A program made the position numbers and the translations under genes. Below the pieces are notes generated by a model. The model made no database searches. It saw nothing but the letters and a program-made list of their open reading frames with translations, and was not told the DNA's origin. A stretch of 62,146 bases of DNA, counting the filler. It is 10 parts of 10 records of this genome, joined end to end, with 100 filler letters (N's around TTAATTAATTAA, not from the genome) between each part and the next. Parts side by side here need not be neighbours in the genome. Positions count along the whole stretch, not along the records: positions 1 to 4,061 come from SRR15195285_1683; positions 4,162 to 12,330 come from SRR15195285_1685; 8 more parts are not named here. One strand, given 5' to 3'. How positions within the stretch are numbered: the stretch's first letter is position 1; every line of letters starts with the position of its first letter. Shown in pieces: positions 1-7,900 of the stretch.

Positions 1-378
1 CAAGCCGCACGCGCAGCACCCCGAGCAGCATCACCTCCATCTCCAGCCCGTGCCTCTGCGCAGCATAGAAACATTCCGGCGCTCATTGATTGACTCCGTC
101 CAAGATGCGCGCCGTTGTGTGCATTGGCATGGATACTCGGCGGCGGTGCAGTGACCGTGTCCCGAGCTCGTGTGGACTGTGCACCGCCGCGGAGCGTCGA
201 TTCTCATTCACACAAAATCAAGCTCGGGTCACTTCTTTTTGTCTGTTCAATGTTTATGCAGCCTGCATTGAAAAGTCCTACCATTCTGTAGCACCCGTTT
301 CACTAGCTCATCGCAGGGAGTCGGAAGGGTGTGCATTATACACTGAGAATCTTCCTGCAGGCGCGTGGTGGAAACCAG

Positions 379-432
379 CCGTTATCAGCCGTTATCAGAC
401 CGTTATCAGACCGTTATCAGACCGTTACTGGA
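379..432. repeat. Tandem array of about 5 copies of the 11-mer CCGTTATCAGA upstream of the bicupin gene
   Basis: ccgttatcag/ccgttatcaga/ccgttatcaga/ccgttatcaga/ccgttactgga read directly; a degenerate copy acgttactgg lies at 441-450. Confidence 0.9.
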
Positions 433-489
433 GGTGGTGGACGTTACTGGTTGGACAGGGCTCTATCTATCTCAAGCTGCAGCTGCTGG

Positions 490-1529
490 ATGCACATCGC
501 GCGTGAGAGCCTGGTGGAGGTCGAGGGGGCTGATGGCGAGACGGTGCTCGCCTACCCGACGGCCGAGGCGGCCGATGTGCAGTCGCTCGAGCGCTTCCAG
601 ATCCGCACGCTCGCGCCGGGCGCCAAGACAAAAGAGGAAGTTGACGACGAGCGGGAGTCGATCTGGATGGTGATCCGCGGCAGTGGCACCGTGCACCGCG
701 GTGACGGTGGTTCGGCCCCACTCGGCGAGAAGGACCTGCTCATCTTCGCTGGTGGCGAGCCACACAGCTTTGAGGCCGGTAGCGATGGCCTCGAATTCTT
801 TGATGTTGCGTGGACCTCCAAGGTGCTGTCGATCGACGAGGTAAAGGAAGCGCTCCAGTCCGCGGAGGGCGTGGGCGAGCCGTACGAAATCGGTGCCGGC
901 CACTGGGAGCGTGACGGAGTTCCGCTGCCCGAGGAACGCAGCAACTACCACATCAAGGGTACCGTCATGCCTGAGCAAGCCGGAGACACGTGCTACCGCT
1001 TTCCGCACGACCGCGGGCACTCCTCTCTGGACCACTGGGACCAGAACAGCACGCTCCCAACTTGGCGCGCCGCCGATCACTCTCACAGTAAGTTTGGCAC
1101 GGCCTATGCTCCCTGTCCTGTGCGTCTTTCCGATGGGGTCTAGCGTGCCCGGCCTCGATGCGCGGAACGCTGCGGCACATCGGCCTCCCAGCTTCGTGCT
1201 GATTTGGATCGCGTGTGTCGGCTTACGTCGTAGTCTCCAACGAGGAGTTCTGGTACATTGTGGAGGGAGAGGGTCACGTCGAACACGGAGGGGGCCCTGG
1301 CGTACCTGGTACTCCATTCCCTGTCGGCCCAGGATCTCTCATCGGGCACCCAGTTGGCGTGCACCACACGCTCGTTGCGTCCGACCCAGAGAAGCCGATC
1401 AAGTGGTACTGCATCGCTATGAATTGCCATCTCACGGATCCGGACAAACCGTACCTTGCTTTGCTCGAGCCAGAGCTCGCAAAGACCATTTCGGAGGCCT
1501 CGGAGGCTGCCGTGACCGCACGGCTCTAA
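490..1529 (+). CDS. Bicupin (two cupin_2-type barrels), 2 exons (490-1087, 1234-1529)
   Basis: First barrel ESIWMVIRGSG...GEPHSF. Splicing GTAAGT(1088)..GTAG(1233) restores the second-barrel metal motif HSHISNEEFWYIVEGEG, followed by HPVGVHH. Stop TAA at 1527-1529. Confidence 0.8.
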
Positions 1530-1713
1530 GTGACTGCGGCTGGGCGAGCGTTTGCGATCGCGGAGAGCTGTTCCCTCTGTGTGGAGTGTGTGCATGATCA
1601 AAATGATGAAACGCTGTGTGTTGCATCTGTCAAAACGCTCTATTTTCCGGATCGATTTTTTTTGGTCTGTGGAGGTGGGGGCGCAGCATTTCAACTCTGC
1701 CACTGCGCCTCTT

Positions 1714-3929
1714 TCAAATGCTACCAGTCCCCGGCACGATGGATTCTTTCTCATCCAATGTTGGCTGTGCGGCCTTTGGCGGTTTGAAGCGTTGTAACTT
1801 CGCATCGATATATGCCTTGATGCTCGACGTCTCTTTGGCGTAAAATACCGCACCGAGCACCACCCCTGTGCCGAGAAGCGCCATTCCTGCGAAACGCAGT
1901 AGGTACGCAAAGTCGGACTCGCCTAGCACCGCGCTGACACGCCAGAAGGTGACAAACACGCCGATTGCACAGCAGAGCATCGGTCCAATGCTTTGGGACA
2001 CAGCTGCTACAACTGCGAAGACCAGCAGGATCATGTCATAGATCACGTAGCGCCATGGGTCGTCCATCATAGGTAGTTCGAGAACAAAGTGCAGCGTCAC
2101 GAAGACCGCCAGTGCGTTCACATTGAGCAGCCAGCTGACAGTGTCATCCTGCGGCACAGACACCACTGATATGCTCAGCAAAGTGATTCAATGGTCATTG
2201 CAGCGTCAATAAACCATGCAGCGAGCAGGTCTGGGATTGAAGCCAAGTACGTCGTAATATATGCGTACGTCTAGGCTCTCGCGTATCTTGGCAAATACTG
2301 CGCATGCGACTCCGATGGTGCAATACGTGGTGTAGAACAGCTTGAAAGGGAAGTCTGCCAACGTGTTGTCAATGAAGATGGCATACAGATTGATGAAGAA
2401 CATCGCGCCGCCTGCACAGCCAAGTGGCATTAAATGAGAAGATTCTAACTCCACCACCATACATGATCGTGGACGCTCATCCTAGGGCTGAATTAAGAGG
2501 CGGGGCAGTGTGCTTGGAGGTGTTTGTCGCGCGACCTTCAAGAGGTTTCATATAGCTACTCTGTGTATACTTACCGGTTGTAATGTTGAGCATGAGGCCG
2601 GGTGCCTGAGAAAGCTGGAACAACTTGCAGCTGCAAGCAAGGTAAGGTAGTACCGCAAAGAACAATCTGCGAGCCACGCAGGAATATATAGAGCGTTCAT
2701 ATGATCACCATCCTCACAGCTGCCAACTACAGCGTTAGCAAGCTAAATGAGGTCTCGGCAGCGTTCTAGTATGCGTACACGGTATGGATACGCACATTGC
2801 CGTCACGGGGGGCTCGTGCGTGTCAGGGGCAGCAACATCTTCTGGGATTGACTGTGGCGGAGTTTCAGATTCGGCGGCAACCAACTCATTCAATTCGCCC
2901 TCAGAGCTGAGCGACCATCCTCCCCAGTAATACAAGGTCCTCGACTGACTGGCCCGGGCCTTGAAATATAGTTTGTCACCTTCGACGATCAAAGCCTTCA
3001 CCTCGCCGGAGTCGGAGCCAGGGCGTACTTCAGGAGCTGCAGCTATTGTGCCACCCTGACGGCCGTGCGTTTAGTGTACACTCATAACAATTGCTCAAAA
3101 GAAATCATCCTTGGCTGTGTTTGGGCCGCACCGTGTCGACATAGAAGACCTCGCGACCAGTGTCATCGGTGTTCGCTGAGAAATACAGAGCGTCGTTGAA
3201 TTCTACAAAGGCGTACGCGTCATACAGAGGGCTCGACGTTGCGCCGACGGTCGCCGTCTGCGGGGAGCCGTCAATGACTTGTAGTAGTGACCTTCGCGAT
3301 CTGCAGCTACTGGAATTGGTCTCCGAGGAGAAGTACATGGCACCGTCGAACGTAGCCCAGCCTGGTGCCATTTCACTTGCGTAGCAACTGGACGGGGCAG
3401 CCCACTGGCGCAGCTCTACGCTCGCGTTTGCGGGTAGCGAGGCCAACAGCTGTTTCTCGCTGATGTGATCGCCTATGGGCTCAAGAAGCGAACCGGCGAC
3501 CCCGCCAGCCTCCTGGATCCCATTGAACACGTTGATCGGAATGTACATGCCACCGATGAAAAGGTAGATCATGGACGATATGTACAGCATCGAGCGACCT
3601 TCCTTGGCAACAGACGACGAGGCAACGCTTGGATCACGCTCGATGCGGCGCTCGAGGTACTTGGCGAGCCATAGCATGAGCCCTGCGTACACGTACGCGA
3701 AGATCATCCCAACCACCCAGCCCACCAAGGTGGAAAAGGACAGGAAGCCGACGGCCGCCATCTGGATGATGACCCCGCCACACCACGTGCAGCAACAGGG
3801 CGAGTCGCACTGCGTGCCGCCGTCCGCAGTCTGCGCGAAGGCCACCCTCGCCGGCTTGATGGAGTCACCCACGACCACACCTGAAACCGCTGTAGCGGCA
3901 GGTGCTGCTGGCTCAGCAGATATCTCCAT
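1714..3929 (-). CDS. Multi-exon polytopic membrane protein with ELWxxDGT-like beta-propeller repeats
   Basis: About 3 N-terminal TM helices, then repeats GAMYFSS / NDALYFSANTDDTGREVF / EVRPGSDSGEVKALIVEGDKLYFKA (joined across an intron at about 3131-3057), then several hydrophobic exons (2477-2677, 2206-2460, 1714-2181). Confidence 0.65.
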
Positions 3930-4061
3930 TCTGATGCACCCGCGTGTCGTGCCGCGGTCTCCACGCCACGCAGCAGCTCGATTTGGAACTATCGATGCCG
4001 CGCGCGCGCGCGCGCGCCCTGGTCCAGACCGAGACCCGCTCGATGGCCGATGCGTCCGTCC

Positions 4062-4161
4062 NNNNNNNNNNNNNNNNNNNNNNNNNNNNNNNNNNNNNNN
4101 NNNNNTTAATTAATTAANNNNNNNNNNNNNNNNNNNNNNNNNNNNNNNNNNNNNNNNNNNN
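4062..4161. other. Artificial contig spacer
   Basis: N44-TTAATTAATTAA-N44, stops in all six frames. Confidence 0.97.
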
Positions 4162-4345
4162 TGTGCTGTGCTGTGCTGTGCTGTGCTGTCGTTGGGCCGT
4201 GGAATAGTAGAGGTAGTGCATTGATGCTGGGGTATCGTCTATAGATTCCATCGACACGGTCCTTGTGCTGCGCCGCGCGCGCTGCGGAATAGCGGAGGCA
4301 GTGCATTGATACTGGGGTATCGTCTACGTATAGATTCCATCGACA
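4162..4345. repeat. (TGTGC)n microsatellite followed by two near-identical ~57-60 bp direct repeats (4201-4256, 4286-4345)
   Basis: ggaatagtagaggtagtgcattgatgctggggtatcgtctatagattccatcgaca versus ggaatagcggaggcagtgcattgatactggggtatcgtctacgtatagattccatcgaca. Confidence 0.85.
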
Positions 4346-4957
4346 GTGCCGCACACCCCCTACGGGTCCACTGGCTGGTTTGCGACCATTCGGGACGGTG
4401 AGGAGAGGCGTTGACGGCCGCGGGTCCCCCCCCCTCGCCGAGAGGTGCTGGAGGATGCGAGCGGCCAAGCTGGCGGCGGGGGAGTCGTGGGCGGGGCTGT
4501 CGACGGAGGAGGTGAGTAGTGCGGCGATGGGAGACGAGAGAGCGTCGGATCGTGTCCACGCCTGCATTGCGGGGCAGCGCCAGCTCCTTCGAAAGCGTCG
4601 CTGACAGTCAGTGTGCGTGCGCGCTACCGCAGAAACGGAAGCTGATCGCTGATGTGGAGAGGGAGAGGAACACCCCGCGGAAATCGGTATGCGTTGCCTC
4701 ACTCCCGCGTGCTCCACGGTCTCGCCTTGCCCTCCCGCCCCCTTCCCTTCCCATATCCCGTACGCCTACGTAGCATCTCACAGAATCGACTTCCATCGCT
4801 CTCGCCGTCGCTCATTCTGCCCCGGCTGGTGCTGTCTCAGCCTCGCTCGCCGCTGAGGCGCACAGCCCTGCACGTGGCTCAGGCGCGTAGCTTTTCGCCC
4901 CAAAGTGATGCGGCACGCAACGATCGTCGCCGTGCGAACGGGAGCACCGCAACTGGC

Positions 4958-7900
4958 ATGGACCCGAATGTGCGTGGCGGTCGTGACGCTCCCGACGCTC
5001 GCCGCCGCACTGCATCGAGCGCAAGCGCGATGGCAGACGTCCTTTCTGCGCCAGAGTCCGTGCCGCCACCGCAGCCAGCCACAACGGTCCCGGCGCACCC
5101 TAAGGCACAGGCGTCACCACCGGCACCGCTGCCAGCCGCACTGGCACAGTCACGCGCGCTAGATGAAGCGTCGCAGCATTCCGGAGTAGCGTCTGGCGCG
5201 GTGCCCGGGCGACCCCGGTTAATGTTCAATACTGCGGCCGATGATTCCGCTATCAAGGTGTCGGCGAGCAGCAGCGATGAAGAGCAAGAGGACCAGGACG
5301 GCATCGCTGCTTCGGAATCCGAATCCGATGCTGATTGTCCGCCGGAGCCCGAGCCTGAACCAGTCCGATCAGCCGTGAATCGGGTACTCCCTCCGAGAGA
5401 TCGTATTGCATCTACAATCCCTGCCCGGCAGATGTCGCTTGACTTCAGTGAAGCGGTCAGGGCTAGTGAAAAGGCGCCATTATTGATGGCAAGTGACACC
5501 CAAAATTACGAGCTCGAAGGTGGGGACCACATAATCAAAAAGCGGAGCTGGAGGATCGAACATGGCAGCGTAGCTTTCACGGATCTGGAAAGCAATCCCC
5601 GAGAGGTGTTGGACTTCAGCTCCGCGGCGTCGTTCGAGCACGCCCAACAGGGCAAGTTTTTGCGCATCGCAGGCGATGAGACGCTTGCCAAGCCTTTCAC
5701 TGCCCTGAAGCAACTCGAGGAACGTCAAGAGCGGGTGGAGCAGCTACTCGAGATTGTTCGAATTTTTGAGCAGGAATGGGGAATGTCGATGCCTCCGATG
5801 ATCTTGGGAGTGACTGGCAATGCAGCACCATTTCAGCTACGGCCTCAGTACGGAGACATTTTTGACAAGGCATTGCTCAAGGCGACCCAGGCCACTAACG
5901 CATGGGTTATTACCGGAGGCACGGACAGTGGCGTCATGAGATTGGTCGGGAACGCAATGAAGACAGCCAGTACACCTGTCGTGGGTGTTGCTTCGTGGGG
6001 AGTCATCAAGGGCCGTGGCAAGCTTGCACGGCCGAGCACAGCGAAACTAGCAGAGCGGATCACGACTAAGATCAAGTCGAAGCGGATCTTGCAAGCGGAC
6101 GAGCGTCCGAAAGATATAGGAACAGAGAAGGTTGTGTTGGACAACTTCAGAGTGTCAAATGCCGCGAGGTGGGCGGATCCAGACGAGTGTCCGAGCCACG
6201 TGGGCAAGCGCATTTGCTTTCTACGCGACCGTGGGCGCGCTAGCACGTTAGAGCAGCTTGAGTTGATCGATCCGGATACCCGACGCCCCGACATCAAGCG
6301 CCAGTATCCAGAGTTCTCAACTGGCCGGCTGGGTCGTGGCTTTCTCGGGCGGTGGGGACCGAACCAAGCAATTGACACAATCGTCACTCGACGGGTCGAG
6401 CAAGACGTCGGCTCTGACGGTGGTGCGACACTGCAGCTGCAAGTGCGTTTGACCTACAGGGAAGAGGACGATATGTGGGCGATCCCTGGCAAGTTCACTA
6501 CGAACGAGCAACTAAAGTGCCTGTCCAGTCTACCCACTGGCTCTCGACTGTTTGGACAGTCTGACGGAGGGCACGAGAATCACGGCGCGGACGACGTCGT
6601 GCGATACGCGGTGCGTGAGGTCTTTGAGCTCGAGGCCGTCTCAGACGGCAAGGCGCATGATTACAAAGATGTTTTTGAAGAAGTGTTCAAACGCAGTGAG
6701 CAGACGTTGATTTATCGCGGTTATTCTGATGATCCGCGGAACACTGACGAGGCGTGGGTCGAAACTTCAGTTTGGCATGTGCACGCTCCGCAGGAGCTTG
6801 GACACCAGCTTGACCATGATGACAGACACGGTGTGAAGTGGATGAACATGAAAGTCACTGGCAGCCGATTGGAGTTCTATGACGACGAGGGCGAATCTGT
6901 CGAACTCTTCGCGAGTCATGCAGAGTTTCTCGAAATGGCAGTATTCGGCCACATCCAGGGCAGCCCTGACATGCCGTTCGCGTACGATGGCAAGCCATCA
7001 CTAGAGCCAGGCAACAAGACTGAGATGGTAAACCTCAACCCGAACCATTCACACTACATCTGTGTCGACACTGGTCAAGACGGGCAGTTTGGGAAAGAGG
7101 TAGCCATCAGAAGCGAGCTTGAAACCTTCATCTCCATCTACGATTACGATCACTTGAGGAACGTAGCGGTCGCTGAGCTCACGGAACACTTCACCCGGAC
7201 AGTTGACATGGCGCAGATAATCGTCGATGGGGAGCGGGTAGAATCGGGAGTCACCTCAGGTGAGATCAGGTTGGACGCAGTAGAGACAGAGATCAAGATT
7301 GAACGCATCGCCAGCGATGGTGATACAAGACGCACTTACACGGTCAACGTTAGCAAAACTAAACAGCAGGCTCCAGCTAGAAAGGAGAACAGTGCAGCGC
7401 GAGACAGAGCTTTGTCGAACTTCCATGCTGTCGCAAACTTTGCTGCTCCGGGCTTCAAACTTAATCGCAGCCAAGATGCTGGATCGACAATTTTCACACC
7501 AGACGGTTCAGATATTGCTAGTGTAGATGTTTCTGAAGGATTCCTTTCACCCGACTTTGATCCTGATGTGTTTGAGTACCGCTTGGAAATCGCACCCACC
7601 GCTGAGGTCATCAAGGTGACACCTTACTTAACATCTGGACGGAAGCAACCTGTTCAAGTTACGGTGCCTGTTGTGACGGTGGCATACGGCGGCGGTGCGG
7701 TGACTCTGCGCACGCTGGAAGCGATCAGTGAAGACAGTGCGATCGTGGTCATTCAAGGGTCCGAGCGAGCAGCCCAGTTTCTGGAAGACTGGATTGCGCA
7801 TGAAGCAGAGAAGGATGAAATCGACCAAAAGGACTTGAAGCAGCGGGAACAAATCGATAAGCGCCAAAAAGATCACGCCGAGAAAAGTATCCGGTCGGAC

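Noticed and set aside
4106-4117. TTAATTAATTAA as piggyBac TTAA sites or a biological palindrome
   Set aside because: Identical in all nine N-flanked positions; a synthetic six-frame-stop linker
4201-4345. Two ~60-bp direct repeats with a ~29-bp spacer, superficially CRISPR-like
   Set aside because: Only two imperfect copies, too long, no cas genes, eukaryotic context; better read as a minisatellite
4370-4567. Possible divergent first exon on the minus strand upstream of the TRPM-like gene (MQAWTRSDAL...)
   Set aside because: No family motif, and any continuation is lost in repeats and the gap
4652-4957. N-terminal extension of the 2006-aa ORF from a GTG start
   Set aside because: Eukaryotic gene; the pyrimidine-rich sequence looks like 5' UTR or intron, and the first in-frame ATGs are at 4958 and 5030
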